A stretch of 64,000 nt of DNA. Source: an uncultured delta proteobacterium. GTDB lineage: Bacteria; Desulfobacterota; Binatia; UBA9968. Made by a program: the position numbers and the translations under genes. Positions 18,995-28,512 of this stretch are shown in pieces. Where the stretch lies: positions 64,001 to 128,000 of the forward strand of contig CAWFJP010000001.1 in assembly GCA_963816145.1 (NCBI GenBank). Direction: 5' to 3'. Below the pieces are notes generated by a model that did no database searches, had not been told where the DNA came from, and saw only the letters and a program-made list of their open reading frames with translations. Within the stretch, counting starts at the first letter, position 1. Each line of letters opens with the position of its first letter.

Positions 18995-20353
18995 TTATCC
19001 TTCCACGCCCAATTTTTCGATTTTGCGATAAAGTGTCGACAAGCTCAGCCCGAGCAACTCCGCGGCGCGGATCTTATCTCCGGCGGTCTTGCCCAGGGTC
19101 CGCTCGATGTGGGTTTTCTCGTAGAGTTCGATCGCCTTGGTCAAATTATCTTCCAAACTATAATCGCCGTCGGCCGCAGCGTAACTATGGCCTGGCAGAT
19201 CCGCCGGCGCGATCCATTCACCGTTGCCGAGAATCATCGCGCGCTCGAGCACGTTGTCGAGCTCGCGAATGTTACCCTTCCAGGGCAACGACATGAGGAT
19301 GCGCATGGTCGCGCTGTCGACGCCCTTGTAAGCGGTTTTCATCTCGATATTATGGCGGTGGATCAGATGTTCGACCAGCGCCGGCAGATCTTCGAGCCGC
19401 TTGCGCAGCGGCGGGATGTCGATTTCAAAAACACAGAGCCGGTAGTAGAGATCTTCGCGAAAGCGCCCCGCCTCCACTTCTGCTTTCAAATCGCGGTTGG
19501 ACGCCGCCAAGATGCGCACGTTGACCTTCACCGGATTGGTCGAGCCCACCGGCAAGACAGTCTTTTCTTCCAGCACGCGCAGAAGTTTCGGTTGCAGGCT
19601 CATCGGCATCTCGCCGATCTCGTCGAGAAAAATCGTCCCGCCGCGGGCGCGCTGAAATAAACCTTCTTGAGAATTGACCGCGCCGGTGAACGAGCCTTTC
19701 ATATGGCCGAACAGTTGGCTTTCCAATAAGTTCTCGGGAATCGCGCTACAGTTGATCGGCAGAAAGACATTGTCCTTGCCCAAGCTATTGGCGTGGATGG
19801 TGCGGGCGACGACTTCCTTGCCGACGCCGCTCTCGCCGCTGATCAAAACAGTGGTCGGCGTCGGCGCCACCTTCATGATCATCTTGACGATTTCCTGCAT
19901 CGCCGGACTGCGCCCGAGCGGCCGGTCGGGAGCAAAATGGCCGCTGACTTCGCGCCGCAAAAGCTGGTTCTCCCAAGCCAGTTGCCGATGGCTCATGAGG
20001 TTTTGAATTTTGCGCAGGACATCGTCGAAGACCAACGGCTTGAGCATGTAATCCTGGGCGCCGGCGCGGATCGCCTCGACGGCGGTTTCCACCGAGGCGT
20101 GGGCGGTCATCAGCACGACCAAGGTCTGCGGCGAGACTTCACGGACATGCTTGAGCACGGCCAAGCCGTCCGCCCCCGGCATCATCAGGTCGGTCAAGAC
20201 CACATCGAGATCGAGCTGATTGATTTTGCTGATCCCCTCTTGCCCGTCGGCGGCCTCATGCACGTCGTAGCCTTCACCGCGGAGCAGCTCAACGAGGCTT
20301 TCGCGAGCGCTCTCCTGATCTTCGACCACAAGTATGTTGCCGTTTGAGCTCAT
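18995..20353 (-). CDS. Sigma-54-dependent response regulator (REC-AAA+-HTH, NtrC/AtoC family)
   Basis: REC with TDLMMP; Walker A GESGVGKE; GSFTGA loop; FLDEIGE; FREDLYYRL; WKGNIRELDN; Fis-type HTH LGLSLSTLYRK. Confidence 0.96.
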   Translation of the reverse strand: MSSNGNILVVEDQESARESLVELLRGEGYDVHEAADGQEGISKINQLDLDVVLTDLMMPGADGLAVLKHVREVSPQTLVVLMTAHASVETAVEAIRAGAQDYMLKPLVFDDVLRKIQNLMSHRQLAWENQLLRREVSGHFAPDRPLGRSPAMQEIVKMIMKVAPTPTTVLISGESGVGKEVVARTIHANSLGKDNVFLPINCSAIPENLLESQLFGHMKGSFTGAVNSQEGLFQRARGGTIFLDEIGEMPMSLQPKLLRVLEEKTVLPVGSTNPVKVNVRILAASNRDLKAEVEAGRFREDLYYRLCVFEIDIPPLRKRLEDLPALVEHLIHRHNIEMKTAYKGVDSATMRILMSLPWKGNIRELDNVLERAMILGNGEWIAPADLPGHSYAAADGDYSLEDNLTKAIELYEKTHIERTLGKTAGDKIRAAELLGLSLSTLYRKIEKLGVEG

Positions 20354-20364
20354 CGGGTTGCTAT

Positions 20365-20408
20365 TTGCACTTGTGCAAAATCGCCCTTCGCCTTTCGCAA
20401 ATTTGCAA
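20365..20408. promoter_or_regulatory. Paired operator upstream of the activator gene (possible autoregulation)
   Basis: TTGCACTTGTGCAA (20365) and TCGCAAATTTGCAA (20395), near-perfect palindromes 30 bp apart. Confidence 0.6.
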
Positions 20409-20487
20409 AGAAATAGCCATTCGCCTGCGTGATACTTTCTTGAGCGGGTAATTCAGCAATTAACAGGCCAGCAGGCTTTGGGTCATC

Positions 20488-22867
20488 TCATAAGATGGCC
20501 GGCAATTGGATCGAAAATGTCGTCCCCTTGCCCGCTTGGCTGCTGTAGCCGATGCTGCCGCCATGGGCCGCGAGGATTTGCCGGACAATGGTCATACCGA
20601 TGCCGGTGCCAAAGGATTTCGTTGTAAAGAACGGTTCGAAGATGTCAACCTCGGACGGTATCCCCGCGCCGGTGTCGGTAACTTGCAAAGTCACCGCCGC
20701 CTTGTCGGTCGATCCGGCAAACATGAGACGGCCGCCCGTCGGCATCGCCTCGACGGCGTTCTTAGCTAGGTTCAAGATCACTTGTTTCATCTTGTCGATA
20801 TCGACGCGTACTTTCGGCAGGTCCGGGGCGAATCGCGTTTCGATCTTCACGCCGCGCTCTGCATATTCGGGTATTTCGATCTCGATCGCTTCCGCGACAA
20901 GCTCGGCCAAACTGACAGTTTGAAAATGGTAAGTCTCCTTGCGCGACAGCGAGCGAAAATCTTGCAGCAGCGAATTGAGCCGGGAGATTTCGCTCTTCAG
21001 CCGCATCAATGTCGATGACACCTGGTCGTCCAGCGCCGGCAACTGCTTTCTCAGACGTTGCTCCAGCAGCTGGATTGTCAATGACATGCCGTTCAGTGGA
21101 TTGCCCAGTTCATGGCCAAATTTTGCCGCCATAGTGCCGATGGTCGCCAAGCGCTCGCTCTCCACCGCCAGTTGCTGCAAGTGGCTCTTGTCGGAAATAT
21201 CGCGGATAAATGCGCCGTATTGAACTTCCTCAACCGTGGGAATTTTCGCCACTGACAACTCGATCGGAAAGGTCTCGCCGTTCTTGCGCTTGGCGGTTAC
21301 CGTACGGATACGGCCGATGGCATGAGCTTCGCCGGTCCGTTCGTACCGTTCGATGTAGCCGTCATGCTCCGAGGTATAGGGCTCGGGCATGAGCATGTTG
21401 ACTTTCTGACCGACTACCTCTTCCGGCTGGTAGCCGAAGATCCGTTGCGCCGCTGGATTGAACAGGACGATTCGCGCCTGCCGATCGATGGACACCACCG
21501 CATCTTGGGTCGTTTCGATCAGACTGCGCACCCAGGCTTCGGCGCGCCGCTGCTCGGTCACGTCGCGCATGACCACTTGGACCGCTGTGCCGTCATCCCA
21601 TGCCAGCGGCGCGGCAACGGTCTCGGCATAGACAAACGAACCGTCGAGACGGACTCGGCGTTGAATACTCGGCGGGTTGGGCTGGCCCGACGCCAGCGCG
21701 CGCTCGTAGCGCTGCTCGACTTCGGCTTTTCGTTCCGGTTCGACGAACTCGAACGGCGAGCAGCCGAGTAGATCTTCCGGCGAAGCCGCGCCGAGAATAC
21801 GGGCCGCCGCGTTGTTGACGTAGACGATTTTCTTTTTGAAAACAACCAACACCGCGTCCGGGTTGACCTCGACCAGAGTTTGATAGCGCGACTGCGCCGC
21901 TCTGAGTTCCGCTTCAACGGTTGTGCGGTGCTGGAGTTCCGTCGAAAGCTCGCGGGTTCCCTGCTGCCACGCGCAAGGCCAAGCGCGCATCGCGAAACGA
22001 CACCAGATAGCCGATCGCGCTGAGGAACAGCGCACTGGCGAGCATACCGATATCGAAGATCACCAAGTCGCGGCGGATCGCGCCGTTCCAACCCTTGACC
22101 GGAATTGCGGCAAGCTCCCAGTGCCCGTCCGGCAGATTGATGCGGTGGACAACCGGACTAGAATCGAAGACCATCTGATTACCGAAGAACACGCGTCCGC
22201 GTCCGTCCCTAAGCGCCAGTTGCGTGCGTTGCTGATTTGTTATTCCGACCTCAGCCAAGATCGGCGGTAAGTCGAGCGCTACATTGACGAAACCCCAGAA
22301 ACTATTCTTGGTGAAATATCGCTAATCGAGCGATCGCGCCGAATCCACCTACCAGCAACTCATAGGGGCCGCTAATAACGATCTTACGCGTTTTGATCGC
22401 ACGTGCGACATCTTCGATCGCACTTCAGCATGGGATGGTTGAAGACATTGCGCCCCAGGATCGCCTCGTTGCCGACCCGCGGATAGACGAGCCCAACCAT
22501 CCCGCCGGCGCGAAGAGAAATTACGTACACCAACAACGCTTTCGGTAAGTCGACGGGCAAACGGTACGAAGTTGTTGGCAATCTCCGTCTTTGAGGAAAT
22601 GGTAGCGACCCAGCCGCGCAAAACCGTAAGATCAGATCGAAACGCCGCGTAGGTCGATTGTCAGCGCGTTGCCGTAGGGATCAAGTTCAGCGGCCAGGTC
22701 GCTGCGCAGTTCGATCAGCAGAAGTTGCGATACCAGACATGAACGCCCCACGAGAGTATCGCCAAAAGCGCGACGAAGATGAGAAGCGCAACTGCCAGAG
22801 CCTTGCGCCTCGGCGGCGCCAAGTAGCTGGAAACTGGACCAGTATCAATTGGGATGGAATCCGCCAC
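20488..22867 (-). CDS. Sensor histidine kinase TM-CHASE-TM-PAS-PAS(FixL-like heme)-HisKA-HATPase; several frameshifts in 5' part
   Basis: CHASE pieces (VYPRVGNEAILG, ISGPYELLVGG, FWGFVNVALDL); PAS-B LMPEPYTSEHDGYIERY..TG...IG; H-box FGHELGNPL; N-box NLAKNAVEAM; G-boxes. Confidence 0.85.
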
Positions 22868-22950
22868 GCGATATATTTCGCATTGTCGCGAAATGAATTC
22901 AAACTCGCTCCTGGCAGCGTCAACACAAAGCACAGCCGATCGGCGTGGAA

Positions 22951-23102
22951 GCCAAATCTGGGTAGTGGTTCAGTTAGATAGAGATCTCTCACTTTGTTCG
23001 AGATGACAAGGCGACTATTCTGCTGTCATTTCGAGCGAAGCGAGAAATCTTTCTCAGGCCGAAAACTTCTGCCCACTCAAACGGAACCATTAGCCAAATC
23101 TG
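22951..23102. mobile_element. MITE-like element with internal REP palindrome
   Basis: Imperfect TIR TAGTGGTTCAGTTAGA (22963) / TCAAACGGAACCATTA (ends 23092); GCCAAATCTG directly repeated on both flanks. Confidence 0.6.
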
Positions 23103-23105
23103 CGG

Positions 23106-23537
23106 TCACTTGCTACCATGGCAAGAGTCGCACGCCCCACGCACTAGCGCGGCGAGCAAAAAATTTGGCGGATCACGCTCGATGCCTTCCCTGGCAAGCT
23201 TTAGATCGCTGCGGAACTTCGGTAGATTCATATCAACCTTCGGATGGTTGGTCGAAAAGCCGGACTGGTCGAGTTTCACTGCCAACGATTCCATGGCGCG
23301 CAGGTGCTCGATTATTTCGCGTCGATGCTTCTCCGGCGCTTCGTCTTGCAGCATTAACTCATCCAGCTGGCGCGAATGAAGCGCCAATTGGCGCATGGTC
23401 GCGCGCACTTCATCGCGCTGAACGTAACGAAACTCCGAAGGATAGGTGTACTGGCGCACCCACCGAGCCATATCCGAGCAGCCTGACAACTGCACGGCAA
23501 TCACCATTGCCAACATCAAACGGTAACCCACTGCCAC
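23106..23537 (-). CDS. Class II (c'/b562-like) cytochrome c lipoprotein
   Basis: Lipobox LSGC, helical body, C-terminal CDSCH. Confidence 0.85.
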   Translation of the reverse strand: MAVGYRLMLAMVIAVQLSGCSDMARWVRQYTYPSEFRYVQRDEVRATMRQLALHSRQLDELMLQDEAPEKHRREIIEHLRAMESLAVKLDQSGFSTNHPKVDMNLPKFRSDLKLAREGIERDPPNFLLAALVRGACDSCHGSK

Positions 23538-23579
23538 CTCCCGGATTTCATCAGATAACCAACTGCAGCAATTGACTAC

Positions 23580-23594
23580 GCATTCTTCTTGCCA
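23580..23594 (-). promoter_or_regulatory. Putative sigma-54 promoter
   Basis: TGGCAAGAAGAATGC. Confidence 0.6.
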
Positions 23595-23718
23595 AAGTCA
23601 CTGGACCCGCCTGCTCGCGATGGACTCAATCTTGCTCGGTTGGAGCATCAGCGGTCTACGACAGTCTATTCTTAGAAGAAATGGGAAAACACGACCGATA
23701 TTGTTCCCAAACTCGGGA

Positions 23719-24126
23719 ATGGACGATGACAGAGTGATAACCCAAACGCTAACCCCGGGGATCCTGGTTGCCGAAAGAGAAGCGACGGCGCGCACCAGTT
23801 TAAGCGAACTCTTGCGCGAAGAAGGTTACCGGGTGGTCGAAGCTGCCGACAGCGCTACGGCAGTCAATGAGCTCGGCCGTGATTCAAGCATCAAGGTAGT
23901 CCTTGCAGATCTGGAAATGCCATCGTGGCCCAGCATTATTCAACATGCCCGCAGCCAACTGCCCGAATCGTTCATTCTCGGCATGCTACGTTACGGCGCT
24001 CTCGCCAATGCTCTCGAAGCCCAACGCCTCGGTGCTCAAGCTTATTTAGTTAAGCCTTTGGACTTTGCCGAGGTGAACCAGTGGATTCGACGCTACCTCA
24101 CCGGCCAGTCGTCGATCAAAATCTGA
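23719..24126 (+). CDS. Stand-alone atypical receiver-domain protein
   Basis: ILVAERE...ADLEMP...YLVKP; start codon uncertain. Confidence 0.8.
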   Translation: MDDDRVITQTLTPGILVAEREATARTSLSELLREEGYRVVEAADSATAVNELGRDSSIKVVLADLEMPSWPSIIQHARSQLPESFILGMLRYGALANALEAQRLGAQAYLVKPLDFAEVNQWIRRYLTGQSSIKI

Positions 24127-24133
24127 TCGCAAC

Positions 24134-24148
24134 TGGCATCTTCTTTGC
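24134..24148 (+). promoter_or_regulatory. Sigma-54 promoter
   Basis: TGGCATCTTCTTTGC. Confidence 0.75.
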
Positions 24149-24197
24149 TCATGTTATCTAGCAGGTTAATACCGGTGGGCTTAAACCCGAGGTAGTT

Positions 24198-24308
24198 ATG
24201 GCAAACGAAAATGAACTCTTTTTTCTAGTTCTGATCATCGTCTTAACCATGATCATGCACTTCATTCTCGCGTGGAAGGGATCGGGCCCTCATAGCAAGA
24301 CTAAGTAG
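24198..24308 (+). CDS. 36-aa single-TM small protein
   Basis: MANENELFFLVLIIVLTMIMHFILAWKGSGPHSKTK; RBS GAGGT; own sigma-54 motif. Confidence 0.55.
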   Translation: MANENELFFLVLIIVLTMIMHFILAWKGSGPHSKTK

Positions 24309-24332
24309 ACGAATTACTTACCAGCGCGAGGG

Positions 24333-25469
24333 TCAGCGGCTGGATTTGCGCTGCGGCGCAGTGAGAGATTTGCCGGCGACGAAAGCTTGGCAATCCCTTT
24401 CGTCGGTGAGCGGGCAATAGCGTCTGAGCAACGTATCGTGACAGCTGTAGCGGTACGGAAAGCGATGCAGGTAGGCGGATCGCACCACGCTGCCAAGCTC
24501 CTCGGCGGACAATTCGATGCGGTTTTTGCCGTTCCATTCGCGCAACTTGTTTTCGCACTCCGCAGCGCTCAATCCGAGCAACCGCAGCTCCGAAGCCAGG
24601 CGAATCGCGCAGTTATTGCGGTAGCCCGGCTCGATATGGCGCTGCCAGATCGCTTGGGCGCCGGCGCAAGGGAATTGCATCTCGGTTAGATTCATTGGCC
24701 GGCTGAAGCGATAGTCGAAAGGCCGCCGCGTTAGCTTTTTGAACTGGCGCTGAATGCGCCCGAGCAATTCACCGGCGGCAAGATTTTCCGCGACCGCCGC
24801 TTGCGACAGCAATCCGGTTTCATCCGTCAACAGCAGAGGAATGGCCTGCTTTGCCCGTTGACGAATCTGGTCGGCATTGAGCTTTAGCAAATCCGCCGGC
24901 GCAAGCAGCGTTTTGTAAAGCTGCGATTTCTCATGAACCGTATTGGGCAAGCGCAAAAGGCGCATGCGGTCTTTTATCGATAGGTCGACGACATCGCGCA
25001 GTCGCTCGGGCAGCTGCTGGGCGACATGACGCCGCAGCGCGTCGAAGATCATGGGCCAGTTGCGCGCCGGCGCCATTTTACCGAACAGCCGGGTGTCCAG
25101 CATGAAATGAAAACCCTTGGCGCCGCTGAAATAGATCTGCAAGCCATTGGGATCGATGCGCCAGCGGTCAAGGAATAGGTCGCCGAGCAAGCGCGCGCAT
25201 TCCAGCGCCGGCAGCAAATCCGGATGATCTATATCGATCGGCAGATAGGGCGCCCAGACCTTGCCTTGGTAGCCGGAAACGCTCGGCGCCGCGGCGGTTT
25301 GCGCGCTCATGTATGTCAGCAGCTCGTCGGAAAAGAAAAAATAGCTGCTGTAGCAGCCGAAGTATTTGAACTTTTCCAGCAGCCCCGGCACATCGGTAAC
25401 CGGCACGACATGGTTGCGAAAACCCTTCTGGTAATGGGCGGCAAAATCGACCAAGCGATAGCGGCTCAT
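24333..25469 (-). CDS. Archaeo-eukaryotic primase (AEP/prim-pol)-like protein with PriCT-1-like C-terminus
   Basis: Motif I PIDID, motif II FSGAKGFH, motif III region DLSIKDRMRLLRLPNT, C-terminal GYRNNCAIRLASEL...EL..VVRSAY plus Cys residues. Confidence 0.82.
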   Translation of the reverse strand: MSRYRLVDFAAHYQKGFRNHVVPVTDVPGLLEKFKYFGCYSSYFFFSDELLTYMSAQTAAAPSVSGYQGKVWAPYLPIDIDHPDLLPALECARLLGDLFLDRWRIDPNGLQIYFSGAKGFHFMLDTRLFGKMAPARNWPMIFDALRRHVAQQLPERLRDVVDLSIKDRMRLLRLPNTVHEKSQLYKTLLAPADLLKLNADQIRQRAKQAIPLLLTDETGLLSQAAVAENLAAGELLGRIQRQFKKLTRRPFDYRFSRPMNLTEMQFPCAGAQAIWQRHIEPGYRNNCAIRLASELRLLGLSAAECENKLREWNGKNRIELSAEELGSVVRSAYLHRFPYRYSCHDTLLRRYCPLTDERDCQAFVAGKSLTAPQRKSSR

Positions 25470-25475
25470 GGAGCG

Positions 25476-25481
25476 ATTATA
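25476..25481 (-). promoter_or_regulatory. -10 box of probable leaderless sigma-70 promoter
   Basis: TATAAT 6 nt upstream of the AEP ATG, no RBS. Confidence 0.5.
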
Positions 25482-25602
25482 ACGCGCTGATTGCCGACCG
25501 CGAAGCGGCGGCAGCCAAAGCATCGCCGCCGACCCGGCTGGTTTTACTGAAGCCATGTTATCTAGAAAATGCAAAATACGCGCCCTCGATTCACAAGCAA
25601 TT

Positions 25603-25648
25603 TCTCACCGGCGCAAAGCGATCATGGCGAATATTCTCAGTTCTGACG
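25603..25648. promoter_or_regulatory. Paired 14-bp operator
   Basis: TCTCACCGGCGCAA (25603) and TCTCAGTTCTGACG (25635), 32 bp apart. Confidence 0.45.
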
Positions 25649-25697
25649 ACCGGTGTTCTAATTCAGAAATTCGTTGATCAAAAACTGTGTTGATTCA

Positions 25698-25793
25698 GAA
25701 AATCCCCCCTTTGGAAAAGGGGGGAAAGGGGGGATTTTCTTGAGCGTACCGACTGCAAATCCCCCTCAGTCCCCCTTTTTCCAAGGGGGAGGT
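25698..25793. repeat. C/G-run palindromic repeat pair
   Basis: AATCCCCCCTTTGGAAAAGGGGGGAAAGGGGGGATT and inverted AATCCCCCTCAGTCCCCCTTTTTCCAAGGGGGA. Confidence 0.75.
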
Positions 25794-25892
25794 TTGGAAC
25801 GATTTAGCCAAGGTAATTATCGGCCAGGCCAATCGTCGGATCGGAGAGCGGCGAAGCGCAAAATCAATCGAACAGCTCGGGCCAAAATTACG

Positions 25893-25907
25893 TGGCATAG
25901 CTCCTGC
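25893..25907 (+). promoter_or_regulatory. Sigma-54 promoter of BON-FmdB-CBS operon
   Basis: TGGCATAGCTCCTGC. Confidence 0.75.
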
Positions 25908-25935
25908 AAAGTCTCTACTCGGAGGCCATGGGTCA

Positions 25936-26709
25936 ATGCTCCACAACCAGAAAGAAGCAGCGCGCCGGCAAACCACCAAGCGACAAGTTGGCCACGGCGC
26001 AATTATTAACCGGATCGGCGCGGCGCTGGAAAAGGAAACCAGGGTCAATCTGCATCGTCATGCGATCAAGCTGGAGTTCACCGGTGACGATCTCGCGCTA
26101 ACCGGCGAGCTGGAGGATGTCGCTGCGAAAAAGATCGCCCTAGAATTGGCCGCGACGGTCGCGCCGGGAGTGGGCCTCGTCGATCGGCTGAGAGTAACGC
26201 CGGCACAGTCCATGAGCGACGCGGAATTGCGTGATCATCTGCTCAAAATATTGCTCGACGAGCCGGCGTTGGAACATTGCTTGTTGCACAGCCGGCTACC
26301 GCAACAATTACAAACCCATCGTAATGACGTCCCAGAGCCCGTCGGCACCATTGTGGTCGAAGTCCGCGACGGTGTGGTCACACTCAACGGCGAAGTACCG
26401 AGCCTGTCGCACAAGCGCCTCGCCGGCCTGCTCGCTTGGTGGGTTCCCGGCTGCCGTGACGTGATCAACGGTTTAGCCGAGGTGCCGGCGCAGAAAGACA
26501 ACGACGACGAGCTCACCGACGCGGTGCGTCTGGCTCTCAAAAAGGATCCTTTCGTCAATGCCACGAAGATGCAGGTCAGGAGCAAAAATGGCGTTGTCAC
26601 CTTAAACGGATTAGTCCCAAGCGAGACCATGCAACGAATCGCCGTGCGCGATGCTTGGTTCATATTCGGGGTCAGGGATGTCGTCAACAAGATTCAGGCC
26701 AAATGGTGA
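25936..26709 (+). CDS. BON-domain protein (three BON domains)
   Basis: VEVRDGVVTLNGEV...PGCRDVINGL; KNGVVTLNGLV...GVRDVVNKI. Confidence 0.88.
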   Translation: MLHNQKEAARRQTTKRQVGHGAIINRIGAALEKETRVNLHRHAIKLEFTGDDLALTGELEDVAAKKIALELAATVAPGVGLVDRLRVTPAQSMSDAELRDHLLKILLDEPALEHCLLHSRLPQQLQTHRNDVPEPVGTIVVEVRDGVVTLNGEVPSLSHKRLAGLLAWWVPGCRDVINGLAEVPAQKDNDDELTDAVRLALKKDPFVNATKMQVRSKNGVVTLNGLVPSETMQRIAVRDAWFIFGVRDVVNKIQAKW

Positions 26710-26727
26710 GGCACAGGAGAAACGGCC

Positions 26728-26901
26728 ATGCCAACCTATGAGTTCCGCTGCGAGAAGTGCGGCAAAGTATTCGAGCAAGTTTGGTCGCTGTCGGACTATG
26801 ACCGCAAGCTGAAAGAAAAACAGAAATGTCCGTCCTGCCACAGCACCCGCGTGGTCAAGACGATTTCCATGGTGCAGGTAAAAACCTCGAAGAAAAGTTG
26901 A
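26728..26901 (+). CDS. FmdB-family zinc-ribbon protein (57 aa)
   Basis: MPTYEFRCEKCGKVFE...CPSCHSTRVVKTISMVQVKTSKKS; RBS AGGAG. Confidence 0.88.
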   Translation: MPTYEFRCEKCGKVFEQVWSLSDYDRKLKEKQKCPSCHSTRVVKTISMVQVKTSKKS

Positions 26902-26914
26902 TGAGGGTAAGAGT

Positions 26915-27343
26915 ATGAACGCCGCCGCCCAAGCCTTCCTTGAAAAAACCGTCGCCGAAGTCATGAGCACCGATTTGATAACCTTGAAGCTCAACGACAC
27001 CCTGCGTTTGGCCGACGACATGTTCAACTTGGCGCAGGTCCGCCATTTTCCAGTTCTCGACGGCGACATGGTCGCCGGCATCGTCAATCAAGACGATCTG
27101 CTGCATGCCTCGATGGTTTCCTTGGCGCGACATCCTAACGATTCGCCGCGCGAAGCCCTCGGCGCCGTCGTGGTCAAGGACATCATGAAAACGGCGATCA
27201 CCATCAGCCCGGACCTGCCGATCCGCGCCGCCGCCAAAACCATGATCGAAAATGGTATCGAAGCTTTGTTGGTGGTGAGCGGTGAAAAGTTACTCGGCTT
27301 GGTGACGCGGACCGATTTGCTCCGCGAACTGGCCAAAGCCTGA
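26915..27343 (+). CDS. CBS-domain protein
   Basis: VAEVMSTDL...VRHFPV...GLVTRTDLLR. Confidence 0.9.
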   Translation: MNAAAQAFLEKTVAEVMSTDLITLKLNDTLRLADDMFNLAQVRHFPVLDGDMVAGIVNQDDLLHASMVSLARHPNDSPREALGAVVVKDIMKTAITISPDLPIRAAAKTMIENGIEALLVVSGEKLLGLVTRTDLLRELAKA

Positions 27344-27362
27344 GACGAGAGAGGAGCAGAGT

Positions 27363-27974
27363 ATGATCGTTGGCAACCGCATGACCCAAGAACCGATCAC
27401 CGTAGACCCCGAAGATTTATCGATCCGCGCTTCGCTTAAGATGCAAGCAGGCGGGTTTCGCCGCCTGCCGGTGGTGAGCGACGGCAAGCTCGTCGGCATC
27501 ATTAGTGAGCGCGACCTGCGCGAACACCGCGGCCATCTGGAACAGATCAAAATCAACGGCATCATGACCGAAAACCCGATTACCGTAACCCCGACGACTA
27601 CCGTCGAGGAAGCCGCGCAGATCATGCTGGAACGGCGGGTCGGCGGCCTGCCGGTGGTCGCCGACGGGCGCGTGGTCGGCATCGTTACGGCAAGCGATAT
27701 TTTGCGCGCCTTCCTCGATGTAATGGGCGCATCGCATGGCGGCAGCAGCCGGATCGATTTTCTCCTCGAGGGTGAAGAGCATGGCTTCGTCGAGGCCACA
27801 CGCTTAGTCGCTCGTGAAGGCGGCGAAGTCCTAGGCGTCGGCACCTATCGGGAAAAACTTGGCGACAATCCAGTTTGCTACCTGCGCCTAGTCGGCGGCA
27901 CGCCGGATGATTTCGCCAAAGCCCTGCGCAGCAGGGGCTTCACTGTATTGGGTGTTCATAAAATCGGCGGCTAA
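27363..27974 (+). CDS. CBS-pair plus ACT-domain protein (AcuB-like)
   Basis: Two CBS repeats then SSRIDFLL...GGEVLGV ACT-like region. Confidence 0.88.
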   Translation: MIVGNRMTQEPITVDPEDLSIRASLKMQAGGFRRLPVVSDGKLVGIISERDLREHRGHLEQIKINGIMTENPITVTPTTTVEEAAQIMLERRVGGLPVVADGRVVGIVTASDILRAFLDVMGASHGGSSRIDFLLEGEEHGFVEATRLVAREGGEVLGVGTYREKLGDNPVCYLRLVGGTPDDFAKALRSRGFTVLGVHKIGG

Positions 27975-28038
27975 AGATCTAAGCGCAAACGACTTTAACT
28001 TTTTAAAGGCTTGAACCCAGCTGAGCGAGGAGGTCACG

Positions 28039-28467
28039 ATGTCACTACAACCCTACTGCCGCAAACCAGTGATCAAGATTTCACCCGAAACCAGCATCAC
28101 CGAAGCCTGCCATTTGATGGAGCAAAACAACGTCGGCTCTCTGGTCGCTGAGAAAAACGGCAAACTTTGCGGCATCGTCACCGACCGCGATATCGCCCTG
28201 CGTGTCGCCGGGGCCAAGCGCGATCCGGACAAGACCACCGTCAAAGACATCATGACACCGGATCCGATCCGCATCTCGGTCGACAAGGACCTGCATCATT
28301 TGACCGCGCTGATGCATGCCTACCATGTCCGGCGCGTGCCGATCGTCAACGGCTTCGACACCACGCTCGGCATCGTTACACTGGACGACTTGATCGCCCA
28401 GTTGGGCGATCAAATGGCGGATATCGGCAAAGCGATCTCCGAAGAGTTTCTCCAGGGCAATGCTTAG
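28039..28467 (+). CDS. CBS-domain protein
   Basis: NVGSLV...GIVTDRDIALRV...VRRVPIV...GIVTLDDL. Confidence 0.9.
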   Translation: MSLQPYCRKPVIKISPETSITEACHLMEQNNVGSLVAEKNGKLCGIVTDRDIALRVAGAKRDPDKTTVKDIMTPDPIRISVDKDLHHLTALMHAYHVRRVPIVNGFDTTLGIVTLDDLIAQLGDQMADIGKAISEEFLQGNA

Positions 28468-28512
28468 CTTCCATGCGATCGAAGCACGGCGGCACGAACC
28501 AAGGAGCCGATT

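Noticed and set aside
24333-25469. Prophage or plasmid origin for the primase
   Set aside because: No integrase, helicase, structural genes, att sites or obvious compositional shift nearby
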